Of a stretch of 36,589 bases of DNA, positions 10,090-18,816 are shown piece by piece (position 1 is the stretch's first letter; each line of letters starts with the position of its first letter). Source of the stretch: Acidobacteriota bacterium (GTDB lineage Bacteria; Acidobacteriota; Vicinamibacteria; Vicinamibacterales; SCN-69-37); assembly GCA_021824055.1 (NCBI GenBank), contig JAKALV010000001.1:1-36589 (forward strand), given 5' to 3'. Under the pieces are notes generated by a model that saw only the letters and a list, made by a program, of their open reading frames with translations, ran no database searches and was not told the DNA's origin. The translations under genes were made by a program, and so were the position numbers.

Positions 10090-10728
10090 CTAACGGCGCC
10101 GATTGGAGGCGCGCACGACCGTCCCCTGAGGCGTCATCCTGTCAATGGCGCTGAGTGAGCGGATCTGCGGCTGGCCCGGATCCGACTCGAGCAGGAGATC
10201 CGCGCCCTGATCCAATGAGCGCAGCGTGTCCGGGGCTTTCGGGGTTCTTGGCGCCGTCGCCGCGGCCGAGGTGTGCACGGCCGGTGCCGTCGGTTGCCAC
10301 GTGCTCAATCGTCCTCCGATGACGCCGAGGATGAGGCCGGCCGCCGCGGCCGCCAGGATCCAGCCGGCAAAATGACGATGCTCGCGGCTCGCGAAATCGT
10401 GGTGTCCTGCCGTGGCCGCAGCCACCCGTGGGAATGAGAGCAGCTTCGAGGGACGATCGAGTTGCTCCAACCGGCGGAGGATCTGCGCCTGCTGAGCGGC
10501 GAGGCGCTCGGCCGGAAAGGCGGCGTCGGCCTCGGCCATGCCGAGCTCGCGCGTTTGCTCCAGCCAGCGGCTCACATCGAGTGCCCGCTCGGTGCACAGA
10601 TCGCACGTGTCCAGATGGGCCGGGCAGACGCCGGAATACCAGGCGGCGACCAGGGCGTCTTCGGACAGATGCCCTCGACGAAGAAGAGTGTCAGCGATGC
10701 GCACGGCGGCTTCCCCTTGACTTGACAT
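10090..10728 (-). CDS. Zinc-binding (ZAS-type) anti-sigma factor, single-pass membrane protein
   Basis: Contains C-x2-H-x3-C-x2-C (VCPAHLDTCDLC, nt 10594..10626), matching the HxxxCxxC ZAS motif. One TM segment, HFAGWILAAAAAGLILGVIGG. Lies directly downstream of and overlapping the ECF sigma gene. The start is uncertain: GTG 10737, ATG 10728 or GTG 10704. Confidence 0.7.
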   Translation of the reverse strand: MSSQGEAAVRIADTLLRRGHLSEDALVAAWYSGVCPAHLDTCDLCTERALDVSRWLEQTRELGMAEADAAFPAERLAAQQAQILRRLEQLDRPSKLLSFPRVAAATAGHHDFASREHRHFAGWILAAAAAGLILGVIGGRLSTWQPTAPAVHTSAAATAPRTPKAPDTLRSLDQGADLLLESDPGQPQIRSLSAIDRMTPQGTVVRASNRRR

Positions 10729-11359
10729 GTGACGCACCCGGCGCCAGCAGCGACCGCAGCCGCCGGATGGCCCGGAACAAGTGCACGCGCACGGTCGATT
10801 CGTTGAGCCCCGTCATGGCGCTCACTTCCCTCGACGTCTGGCCATCGAAATGGCTCAGCGTGAATATCAACCGCTGGCGCTCGGGCAACTTCCCGAGGGC
10901 CACGGACAATTGCTCCCGGCGCTCGCCGAGCAGCACCAGCTCTTCCGGGCTGGGACCGCGCGACGGCAGATACTCGGCCGGATCGCGCTCCACGCCCATG
11001 GTGTCGACCGGTGGGGGCGCGATCCACCGCTCTCGCCGCCGCCGCGCTTTCAGCCGGTCCAGGCATCCATTAATAAGGATGCGCGTGAACCACACTTCGA
11101 AGGGCAGATCCTCCCGGAACGTGCCGAGGTGCAGGTAGGACTTCACAAACGCGTCCTGCACGGCCTCGTCAGCGTCGGCCGCCTCGCGCAAGTAATGAAA
11201 CGCAATGCGAATCGCGCGGCGCTGGTGGCGATCCACCAACTCCGTAAATCGTTCGCGCGCGGCGTCCAACCGTCCGGCCGCCTGATGCGCCTTGACGTCG
11301 ATCGCCACGCAGGCGTCGGCTTCTCGCGTCGTAAGCGGCGTGGGACTGGCCTCTGCCAT
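10691..11359 (-). CDS. ECF-type RNA polymerase sigma-70 family factor
   Basis: 222 aa. Region 2 motifs RRAIRIAFHYLREAADADEAVQDAFVKSY and FEVWFTRILINGCLDRLKARRR. Region 4 HTH SREVSAMTGLNESTVRVHLFRAIRRLR. Confidence 0.9.
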   Translation of the reverse strand: MAEASPTPLTTREADACVAIDVKAHQAAGRLDAARERFTELVDRHQRRAIRIAFHYLREAADADEAVQDAFVKSYLHLGTFREDLPFEVWFTRILINGCLDRLKARRRRERWIAPPPVDTMGVERDPAEYLPSRGPSPEELVLLGERREQLSVALGKLPERQRLIFTLSHFDGQTSREVSAMTGLNESTVRVHLFRAIRRLRSLLAPGASHVKSRGSRRAHR

Positions 11360-11385
11360 TGGATACGTCCACGGTCTGGACGCGT

Positions 11386-12378
11386 TTACGGAATTCTACC
11401 ATCCAGCGTCCCGAGCGAGGCCCCCGGGAAGTAGAAGGCCAGGATGCGGTCAGTCGACATGTCGCGGCGGGCGCGGGCGAGCGTGCCCAACTGGCAGAGG
11501 CCCACGCCATGACCGAATCCCGTCCCGTTCAGCAGATACCCGGTTCGCGTCGGGCGGATCGTGAAGCGCGTGCTCTGGATGCCTCGGGGGCCCAGGAGTT
11601 GGTTGACCACGGTTCGGAACTCATCGCCTCGGAGATCCACGCGCCGGTCACCGGTGATCATCACCGTCGAAACCCGGCCGCTGCCGTCAATCGGGCCTGT
11701 CTTGACGGACTTGAGCGAGCGTCCGATCGCCGATCTCGGGTCGGCGTTGAGTGCGGTTTGCAGTTGCCCGCGCGTGAGGGTGAGGGTCCATGAGCGGTGT
11801 GTCAGGGCCGGCGCGCGATCCGGTTCGGAGGGCAGATAGGGCAGTGGCGCCGTGCCCCACACTTGCGCGGGCGATGCCGTGTGACCGCCGCAGTCGGCCG
11901 AAAACAGCGCGTCAATGGGCCGCCCGCCGTAGAACAGCACCTGACCGGCGGTGCGCTCGATCGCGTGACGCACGTCTGCGGCGAACCGTGAAGTGCCGAG
12001 GCGCGACGGGTCGTACAGCTGGCAGTGCGTCGAATCACACACGTCGAACCCTTCGGCGCGATGGCGTCCGAGATGCGCGAGCGCGTAGGTGCGCGCCACG
12101 ATCGCCTGCACGTCATAGACGCGCGCCACCACGCGTGGCGACTCCCCGACGGGGGTCACTTCCGTGAGCGCCGTGCCGGCCACGTAGTCTTCAAAGGCGA
12201 CCGAGACGATGCGTCCGCCCACGCGCACCCGCAGTTCGCGCGGGGCCTGCGGCAATGGCGCGGCCGGTCCGACGCGCGGCGCGGCCGGCCCGGCGCTTCC
12301 GCATCCGGCGGCGGCCGCGGCCAGCGACGCCAGCAGGACGATAGAGGCCGACTTGGCGTTTAAGTGAGGCACGGTCAC
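11386..12378 (-). CDS. SpoIID/LytB-domain protein, probable lipoprotein
   Basis: Only the C-terminal ~330 aa of track ORF 11386..12993 look real. The upstream part overlaps the divergent kinase gene and is Arg/Ser-rich noise. In-frame GTG at 12378 or 12372 gives V(TV)PHLNAKSASIVLLASLAAAAAGC, a lipobox-like signal. SpoIID signatures are present: VQAIVARTYAL, DVCDSTHCQLY, FSADCGGHT and GHGVGLCQLG. Confidence 0.8.
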   Translation of the reverse strand: MTVPHLNAKSASIVLLASLAAAAAGCGSAGPAAPRVGPAAPLPQAPRELRVRVGGRIVSVAFEDYVAGTALTEVTPVGESPRVVARVYDVQAIVARTYALAHLGRHRAEGFDVCDSTHCQLYDPSRLGTSRFAADVRHAIERTAGQVLFYGGRPIDALFSADCGGHTASPAQVWGTAPLPYLPSEPDRAPALTHRSWTLTLTRGQLQTALNADPRSAIGRSLKSVKTGPIDGSGRVSTVMITGDRRVDLRGDEFRTVVNQLLGPRGIQSTRFTIRPTRTGYLLNGTGFGHGVGLCQLGTLARARRDMSTDRILAFYFPGASLGTLDGRIP

Positions 12379-12406
12379 GTTATCGGCCGCAATTCGTCGT
12401 AGGCTT

Positions 12407-14845
12407 ATGTTTTTCGGGCGCGGCCACATGCGAATGACGGAACCCATACTCATTGTCGACGACGATCCGTTCGTGCTGGGCCTGTTGACCCACGTGGGCG
12501 AGGCGCGAGGGCTGCGGATTGTCGGCGTGCGCACGCCGGACGAGGCGGACGCTGCGCTGGCGGCCCGGCCCTTCGGCGTGGCCGTGATCGACCTCCGGCT
12601 CGGGTCGGCGTCCGGTCTGGATCTGATCAAGCGCCTCCGGGCGCGGGATGCCGCCGTCGAGACGATCGTCATTTCCGCGGACCGCCGGCTGTCGAGCGCG
12701 CTCGACAGCTTTGCGCAGGACGTGTTTGCGTTCCTGCCCAAGCCGCTCGATCCCGCGCATGTGTTCGCGACGGTGGAGCGCGCGATGCAACGTCGGCGCG
12801 ACGCATTGGAGCGCCGGCGCCTGACGTGGGAACTCGCGTTGCTGAATGAAATCGCCGAAATCGTGGCGTCGTCACTCGACGTCGAGGCCGTGCTGCAACG
12901 GGCGCTGGAGCGCGTCGCCGTCGCGTTTGAGTGCCGATGGGCCCTGGTTCGCCTGACCCCGATTTCCGGCGGCAAGCCGGCCATCTGCGCCACGTTCGGC
13001 GTGGACCTGGGCCGCCTCGAAGACGCCTACCAGCATGCGCTCGGCCGGATGCCGAGCGACCATGTGTTCGAAACGGGCCGGCCCCTGCGCATTGACGCGA
13101 CGAACCGCGCCCAGTACGACGCCCACGTGCCGCCGGCCGACGACTGGACGAGCACGATCTCCGCGCCGATCACCGCCGGCGATCAGCTTCTGGGCGTGAT
13201 CACGCTCGTGTCAACCGATCGCGAAGCCTTCAGCGAAGACGATGAACGGATCATCGTGACCATCGGGCGCCAGTTTGGTGTGGCGGTGGCCAACGCGCAG
13301 CTCTACCAGCGCGTCCACCGCGCCAAGGTCGAGTGGGAGCGCACCTTCGACGCGATCAGCGATCCTATTGCGGTGTTCGACGGGGACCGCCGGACGATGC
13401 GCACCAACGCGGCAATGGCGGCATTGCACGGCTGGCGCATTACCGAGACCCAGGGCCGCATCTGCCGCGACACGGGCTTGTGCGGCAGCGAGGGTGCGGA
13501 CTGTCTGGTGGGCCGCGCGCTGGCCGACGGGCAGAAGCACGAACAGGAAGTGGTGACGGCCGATTCGCGCATCTTTGCCGTGACGACATTGCCGGTGCCT
13601 GGCGCGACCGCGGTCGTGCTGTTTGCGAAGGAAGTGACCGAAGAGCGGCAGCAGGCGCGCCGGCTGCGCGACCTCAGCGCCGAACTGACGACGACCAACG
13701 CCCAGTTGAAGGTCACGGTCGATCGCCTGCAGACGACGCAGGCGCAGCTCGTCCAGAGCGAGAAGCTGTCGGCGATCGGCCAGTTGGTGGCCGGCGTGGC
13801 GCATGAGCTGAACAACCCGCTGACCAGCATTATTGGCTACGCCCAGCTTGTGCAGGAGGCGATCGGACAGCGCCCGGAGCTGTCGGTCGCGGCCGAGGGC
13901 ATGCTGGATGACATCGCCCGTGTGCTGTCCGAATCTGATCGCGCCGCGCGCATCGTCCGCAACTTGTTGACGTTCGCGCGCCGGCAGACGTCGGAGCGGA
14001 CCCGCACCGACATCGCGGAGCTCTGCCGCCGCGTGATCGCGCTGCGCACGTACGACCATCAGGTGCGCCAGCTGCGCGTCGACCTGCGGCTCGCCGGCGA
14101 GCTGCCACCGGTGTACGTCGATGACGGCCAGATCCAACAGGCGCTCCTGAATCTGATTCTGAACGCGGAGCAGGCGATGAAGGATCTGCCGGACCCGACG
14201 CTCGAGATCACGGCCGAGGCCGAGGCCGCCTCGAGTTCCGTCCTGCTCGCCGTCACCGACAACGGTCACGGCATCGAGCCGGAGAATCTGCCGCGCGTGT
14301 TCGATCCGTTCTTCACGACGCGGGGCGTCGGCGAGGGCACGGGACTGGGCCTCAGCATTGTCTACGGCATCGTGCGGGATCACGGTGGCCAGATCTGGGT
14401 GGAGAGCACAGGCGCGCGCACCACGTTCTTTGTGCGCCTGCCCGCGCGGTTCTCGGAAGCGCCCGGCCGGACACGACAGGCGGCTATCGTCGCGCATGCC
14501 GACACCGTGAGCCGCGACTTCTTCGTCGCCGTGCTGGCGGGGTGGGGGTACTCCGTGCGGTGCGCGGCCAACATGCGAGAGGCGATCGAGCAGGTGTCGG
14601 GCGGCGACGCGGATCTCCTGCTGCTCGATCCGGCCCTCGTCGAGCCGGATGCGGAGCGCTGGCGGGAAGTCTGGGCGGGTGTGACCGCGCGGATGCGCAT
14701 GCTGGCGGTGGACGCGCCGATCGTGTCCGATGATGCGGCCAAATTCTTGCGCGACACGGCTGCCGGAAATCTGGCACCGCCGTTCGATCTGCCGAGTCTG
14801 TGGGCCGCCACCCTTGCGGCGCCTTCGCCGGGCAAACTAAGATGA
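12407..14845 (+). CDS. Hybrid sensor histidine kinase: REC-GAF-PAS-HisKA-HATPase_c plus a degenerate C-terminal REC
   Basis: 812 aa. N-terminal receiver (ILIVDDDPF...VAVIDLRLGSASGLDLI...FLPKP). GAF region (LNEIAEIVASSLDVEAV...). PAS with a Cys triad. H-box SEKLSAIGQLVAGVAHELNNPL. N and G boxes (LNLILNAEQAM, DNGHGI, GTGLGLSIVYGIV). C-terminal receiver-like region (DLLLLDPAL). The true start may be ATG 12434 (MTEPILIVDDD). Confidence 0.9.
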   Translation: MFFGRGHMRMTEPILIVDDDPFVLGLLTHVGEARGLRIVGVRTPDEADAALAARPFGVAVIDLRLGSASGLDLIKRLRARDAAVETIVISADRRLSSALDSFAQDVFAFLPKPLDPAHVFATVERAMQRRRDALERRRLTWELALLNEIAEIVASSLDVEAVLQRALERVAVAFECRWALVRLTPISGGKPAICATFGVDLGRLEDAYQHALGRMPSDHVFETGRPLRIDATNRAQYDAHVPPADDWTSTISAPITAGDQLLGVITLVSTDREAFSEDDERIIVTIGRQFGVAVANAQLYQRVHRAKVEWERTFDAISDPIAVFDGDRRTMRTNAAMAALHGWRITETQGRICRDTGLCGSEGADCLVGRALADGQKHEQEVVTADSRIFAVTTLPVPGATAVVLFAKEVTEERQQARRLRDLSAELTTTNAQLKVTVDRLQTTQAQLVQSEKLSAIGQLVAGVAHELNNPLTSIIGYAQLVQEAIGQRPELSVAAEGMLDDIARVLSESDRAARIVRNLLTFARRQTSERTRTDIAELCRRVIALRTYDHQVRQLRVDLRLAGELPPVYVDDGQIQQALLNLILNAEQAMKDLPDPTLEITAEAEAASSSVLLAVTDNGHGIEPENLPRVFDPFFTTRGVGEGTGLGLSIVYGIVRDHGGQIWVESTGARTTFFVRLPARFSEAPGRTRQAAIVAHADTVSRDFFVAVLAGWGYSVRCAANMREAIEQVSGGDADLLLLDPALVEPDAERWREVWAGVTARMRMLAVDAPIVSDDAAKFLRDTAAGNLAPPFDLPSLWAATLAAPSPGKLR

Positions 14846-14875
14846 ACCGTTTAGCTTGGGGGCTAAGGAGAAGAC

Positions 14876-16468
14876 ATGCCGCAGGGTGATCGGAAGATTG
14901 GACTCGACGCAGCAGGGATGACGCGGGCGGGGAATGTGCACTGGAATCTTGGCATCGCGGCGCTGTACGAACACGCGATCCGCCGCGGCGAAGGCACGCT
15001 GTCGAAGGACGGCGCGTTCGTCTGCAGCACGGGCAAGTACACCGGCCGGTCGCCCAACGACAAGTTTGTGGTGAAAGAAGCGTCCAGCGAAAAGAACATC
15101 GACTGGGGCAAGGTCAACAAGCCGTTCGAGCCCGCCAAGTTCGATGCGCTGCAGAAGCGGATGATGGCCTACGCGGCCGACAAGGAACTGTTCGTGCTCG
15201 ACGCCTACGCGGGGGCGGACCCGGCGTACCGCCTGCCCGTGCGAATCGTCACGGAAATGGCCTGGCACAGCATGTTCGTGCGCAACATGTTCATTCCGGA
15301 GAACGACACGGCGAAGCAGCTGGCGCATGAGCCGCAGTTCACTGTTGTCGACATCCCGAGCTTCAAGGCGGATCCGGCGATCGACGGCACCCTGTCCGAG
15401 ACCTTCATCATTCTCAGCTTTGACAAGAAACTGGTCCTCGTGGGCGGCACCGAGTACGCCGGCGAGATCAAGAAATCCATCTTCACCGTCATGAACTACC
15501 TGCTGCCGCTAAGCGACACGATGCCGATGCACTGTTCGGCGAATATCGGCGAAGCGGGCGACACGGCGCTCTTCTTCGGCCTGTCCGGCACGGGCAAGAC
15601 GACGCTGTCGAGCGATCCGCAGCGTGGCTTGATCGGCGACGACGAGCACGGCTGGAGCAAGCATGGCGTCTTCAACTTCGAAGGCGGCTGCTACGCGAAG
15701 ACGATCAAGCTGTCGAAGGAAGCCGAACCGCAGATCTACGCGACGACGCAACGCTTCGGCACGGTGCTTGAAAACGTGGCCATGGACCCGGCGACGCGCG
15801 TGGTGGACTTCGACGATGCGTCTCGAACGGAGAATACCCGCTGCTCGTATCCGCTGAGTTTCATCGACAACTCGGTGCCGAGCGGGCAGGGTGGGCATCC
15901 GAAGAACGTCGTGATGCTGACGGCCGATGCGTTCGGCGTGCTGCCGCCGATCTCAATGCTCTCGCCGGATGCGGCGCAGTACCATTTCCTCTCGGGCTAC
16001 ACCGCCAAGGTGGCCGGCACCGAGCGCGGCATCAAGGAACCGCAGCCCAACTTCAGCACGTGCTTCGGCGCGCCGTTCATGGTGTGGGACCCGAACGTCT
16101 ACGCGAAACTGCTGGGCGATCGCATTGCCAGGCACAACGCGAAGGTGTGGTTGGTGAACACCGGCTGGACCGGTGGTCCGTACGGCGTCGGCTCGCGCAT
16201 GAAGATCGCGTACACGCGCGCGATGATCACGGCGGCCCTGACCGGCGCCCTTGATGGCGTCGGTTACGAAGTGGACCCGATCTTTAACCTGTCGGTGCCC
16301 ACGAGCTGCCCGCACGTGCCGTCCGAAGTGCTGAACCCCAAGAACACGTGGAAAGACCCGGCCGCTTATGACGCGCAGGCGAAGAAGCTGGCCGAAATGT
16401 TCAAGGAGAATTTCAAGAAGTTCGAGAAGACGGCATCACCGGCCGTGAAAGCCGCCGGTCCGAAGTAG
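14876..16468 (+). CDS. pckA: Phosphoenolpyruvate carboxykinase (ATP)
   Basis: 530 aa. Kinase-1a motif GLSGTGKTTLS, plus IGDDEHGW and FNFEGGCYAK. Strong SD AAGGAG at 14865..14870, 5 nt before the ATG. Confidence 0.97.
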   Translation: MPQGDRKIGLDAAGMTRAGNVHWNLGIAALYEHAIRRGEGTLSKDGAFVCSTGKYTGRSPNDKFVVKEASSEKNIDWGKVNKPFEPAKFDALQKRMMAYAADKELFVLDAYAGADPAYRLPVRIVTEMAWHSMFVRNMFIPENDTAKQLAHEPQFTVVDIPSFKADPAIDGTLSETFIILSFDKKLVLVGGTEYAGEIKKSIFTVMNYLLPLSDTMPMHCSANIGEAGDTALFFGLSGTGKTTLSSDPQRGLIGDDEHGWSKHGVFNFEGGCYAKTIKLSKEAEPQIYATTQRFGTVLENVAMDPATRVVDFDDASRTENTRCSYPLSFIDNSVPSGQGGHPKNVVMLTADAFGVLPPISMLSPDAAQYHFLSGYTAKVAGTERGIKEPQPNFSTCFGAPFMVWDPNVYAKLLGDRIARHNAKVWLVNTGWTGGPYGVGSRMKIAYTRAMITAALTGALDGVGYEVDPIFNLSVPTSCPHVPSEVLNPKNTWKDPAAYDAQAKKLAEMFKENFKKFEKTASPAVKAAGPK

Positions 16469-16503
16469 ACAACGCCTGACAGGTTGGAAGTCCAAAGGTC
16501 CGC

Positions 16504-17943
16504 ATGCCTTACGTTCCGGTGATTGGCCTGGAGATTCATGCGCAGCTGAAGACGCTCACCAAGATCTTCTGCGGGTGCCGCACCGACTTCGGCGCGCAGC
16601 CCAACGCCCAAGTGTGTCCGGTGTGCCTTGGCCTGCCGGGTGCGTTGCCGGTGCTGAATCGGCACGCCGTCGACCTGGCGATTCGCGCGGCCGTGGCGCT
16701 TGACTGCACCGTGCATGAGACCTCGATCTTCGCGCGAAAGAACTACTTCTACCCGGACCTCCCGAAGGGATATCAAATCTCGCAGTACGAGCAGCCCCTG
16801 GCGACCGGCGGGCGGATGCGGCTGGCGAGCGGCGCGGTGATCGGCATTACGCGGATACACATGGAAGAAGACGCCGGCAAGTCGCTGCATCACGGCTTTC
16901 CGGATGCCGACCGGCATACACGGATTGATCTCAACCGCAGCGGCACGCCGCTCATTGAGATCGTGAGCGAGCCCGATCTGCGGTCGGCGGCCGACGCGGC
17001 GGACTACTTCAGCCGGATGCGGGAGGTCCTGGTCGCGATCGGCGTCAACGACGGCAACATGGAGGAGGGGAGCCTGCGCTGCGACGCGAACGTGTCGGTT
17101 CGTCGGGGGCCCGACGCGCCGTTCGGCACGCGCACCGAGGTCAAGAACGTCAACTCCTTCAAGTATCTCGAGCAGGCCATCGCATTTGAGGTCACCCGCC
17201 AGATCGAGGTGCTCGAGGCCGGCGGCGTGATCCAGCAGGAGACGCGCCTGTTTGACAATGCGACGGGCCGCACCGAGTCGATGCGCGGCAAAGAGGACGC
17301 GCACGACTATCGTTACTTCCCGGAGCCTGATCTTCCGCCTCTCGTCGTCAGTCAGGCGTGGGTGGACGCGGCGCGCGCGGCGATGCCGGAACTGCCCGAC
17401 GCGCGGCAGGCGCGTTTCATGTCGGCGTACGGGCTGAGCGCGTACGACGCCAATCTCCTTGTGCAGTTGATCGCCGGCGGCGCGGACTACTTTGAAGAAA
17501 CGGTGAAGGCCGGCGCGTCGGCCAAGTCGGCCAGCAACTGGATACTGGGAGAGCTTCGCCGGCTCCTGAAAGACGCCGGCGCCGAGGATATGACGGCGGT
17601 GCCGGTGCCGCCCGATGCGCTGGCCGAACTGGCCGGGCTGACCGACCGCGAGGTGATCAGCAGCACGGTGGCCAAGGAAGTGCTGAGCACGATGTGGACG
17701 ACCGGGAGGCGGGCCGGCGCGATCGTTGACGCCCAAGGGTTGGCCCAGGTCGGCGACACCGGCGCGCTGCGATCTGCCGTCGCCCAGGTGCTGGCCGAGA
17801 ATCCTGATGCCGTCGCCCAGTATCGGGCGGGCAAGACGAATGCGTTTGGGTTCCTGGTCGGGCAGGCGATGAAGTCGATGAAGGGAAAGGCCAACCCCAA
17901 GGTCATCAACGAGCTGCTCAAACGGGCTCTTGGGCCGGAATGA
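16504..17943 (+). CDS. gatB: Asp-tRNA(Asn)/Glu-tRNA(Gln) amidotransferase subunit B
   Basis: 479 aa, starting MPYVPVIGLEIHAQLKTLTKIFCGC. Also has QVCPVCLGLPGALPVLN, EEGSLRCDANVSVR and a C-terminal GatB/YqeY tail. Confidence 0.97.
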   Translation: MPYVPVIGLEIHAQLKTLTKIFCGCRTDFGAQPNAQVCPVCLGLPGALPVLNRHAVDLAIRAAVALDCTVHETSIFARKNYFYPDLPKGYQISQYEQPLATGGRMRLASGAVIGITRIHMEEDAGKSLHHGFPDADRHTRIDLNRSGTPLIEIVSEPDLRSAADAADYFSRMREVLVAIGVNDGNMEEGSLRCDANVSVRRGPDAPFGTRTEVKNVNSFKYLEQAIAFEVTRQIEVLEAGGVIQQETRLFDNATGRTESMRGKEDAHDYRYFPEPDLPPLVVSQAWVDAARAAMPELPDARQARFMSAYGLSAYDANLLVQLIAGGADYFEETVKAGASAKSASNWILGELRRLLKDAGAEDMTAVPVPPDALAELAGLTDREVISSTVAKEVLSTMWTTGRRAGAIVDAQGLAQVGDTGALRSAVAQVLAENPDAVAQYRAGKTNAFGFLVGQAMKSMKGKANPKVINELLKRALGPE

Positions 17944-17995
17944 TCGAACGTTTGGTCGGTAATACGAATCGGCGGGCCTATTTTGACGCTCGACG

Positions 17996-18024
17996 TTGAC
18001 ACACGGTTGTCATGTGCCTAGACT
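17996..18024 (+). promoter_or_regulatory. Sigma-70-type promoter candidate for the Cys-rich orphan ORF
   Basis: TTGACA (17996..18001), an exact 17-nt spacer, then TAGACT (18019..18024). The predicted TSS is about 10 nt before ATG 18042, giving a near-leaderless mRNA with no SD. A TGACA/TGTCA inverted repeat (17997..18012) overlaps the -35. Confidence 0.45.
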
Positions 18025-18041
18025 GAAGTTGCTCAGCGTTC

Positions 18042-18356
18042 ATGTCCGGTTCGAATCGACTCGCGAGTTTCTCGAAAGTGGCCGGAACCCACATCCCCGT
18101 GGGAACGCCCTGCGAATGTCTCGCCGACTTCTTCCGCCAGGAAATTCTCAAGCATCATCAATGCCTGGAACAACAGCGGGAGTATTTCTCGGATGTGGCG
18201 ATCAACCAGGCTGAGCAGGCGCTGATGCGCATCCTGGAGCAGGTGGAGTGCCTTTGCCAGCGCGAGGACGCCTGCCAGATCATCGGGGAACTGCTGAAGA
18301 AATTTGATGCCGTTACGAAACTTTCCGCATGGACCGAACCGCAACAACTGAACTGA
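18042..18356 (+). CDS. Hypothetical small Cys-rich helical protein (104 aa), no family recognised
   Basis: By hand count, third-codon-position G+C is about 70% against about 55% overall for this stretch. That supports the + frame over the mirrored minus ORF 18033..18365. Six Cys arranged C-x-C (CEC), C, C-x-C (CLC), C. Preceded by a consensus-like promoter. Confidence 0.55.
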   Translation: MSGSNRLASFSKVAGTHIPVGTPCECLADFFRQEILKHHQCLEQQREYFSDVAINQAEQALMRILEQVECLCQREDACQIIGELLKKFDAVTKLSAWTEPQQLN

Positions 18357-18408
18357 ACACCGCACCCGTCGTCCCTGGTTCCGGGTTCCAGGTTTCTCAA
18401 ATCATCCA

Positions 18409-18816
18409 ATGACTCCGAAGGTTGTGGGTAGCATCGTCCTGGCCGTGTTCGTGGCGCTTGGCGTGGGCTGGGTCTGGGGCGCGTCGGGGAAGTCCGGCGT
18501 CGACCAGGAACGCCGCCGGTTCGAGCAACGAGCCGACTACGAATCGGCGCGGGCGGCCATGCTGAACGGCCGCGTGTCGCTCTTCCTCAACAACTTTGGC
18601 GACGCCAGCAAGCACTTCGAAACGGCGCGGATCGCGCTCGAGCACCTGCAGGGCCAGTTGCGGGAAGTGGGGCAGGCGGAACGCGCGGGCCGCGTGGAGA
18701 TCGTGCTGTCGAATCTGAAGGATGCCGTGCGCCTGTCTGCGCTGCTCGATGCCGGCGCCCAGAACGCCGCGACAGCGGCGCTCCAGGCGCTGAGTGCTGT
18801 GGGATTGTCTGAGTAG
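18409..18816 (+). CDS. Hypothetical membrane-anchored helical protein (135 aa)
   Basis: N-terminal TM VVGSIVLAVFVALGVGWVWG followed by Ala/Arg/Glu-rich helices. Genome-typical GC. No SD seen and no family recognised. Confidence 0.55.
   Translation: MTPKVVGSIVLAVFVALGVGWVWGASGKSGVDQERRRFEQRADYESARAAMLNGRVSLFLNNFGDASKHFETARIALEHLQGQLREVGQAERAGRVEIVLSNLKDAVRLSALLDAGAQNAATAALQALSAVGLSE

Noticed and set aside
14772-14787. TGGCAC-N5-TTCGA about 100 nt upstream of pckA as a sigma-54 promoter for the local NtrC-like regulator
   Set aside because: The -12 element reads TTCG rather than TTGC, so the conserved GC dinucleotide is missing. It also lies inside the kinase coding region. This is too weak to call by eye.
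18033-18365. 110-aa minus-strand ORF mirroring the Cys-rich orphan ORF
   Set aside because: It is in the codon-aligned antisense frame of 18042..18356. The third-position G+C enrichment (about 70%) belongs to the + frame, and the consensus promoter also points in the + direction.
18357-18408. CCTGG-N9-CCAGG hairpin followed by TTTCTC as an intrinsic terminator after the orphan ORF
   Set aside because: The stem is only 5 bp with a 9-nt loop and a weak T-tract. It cannot be distinguished from chance.
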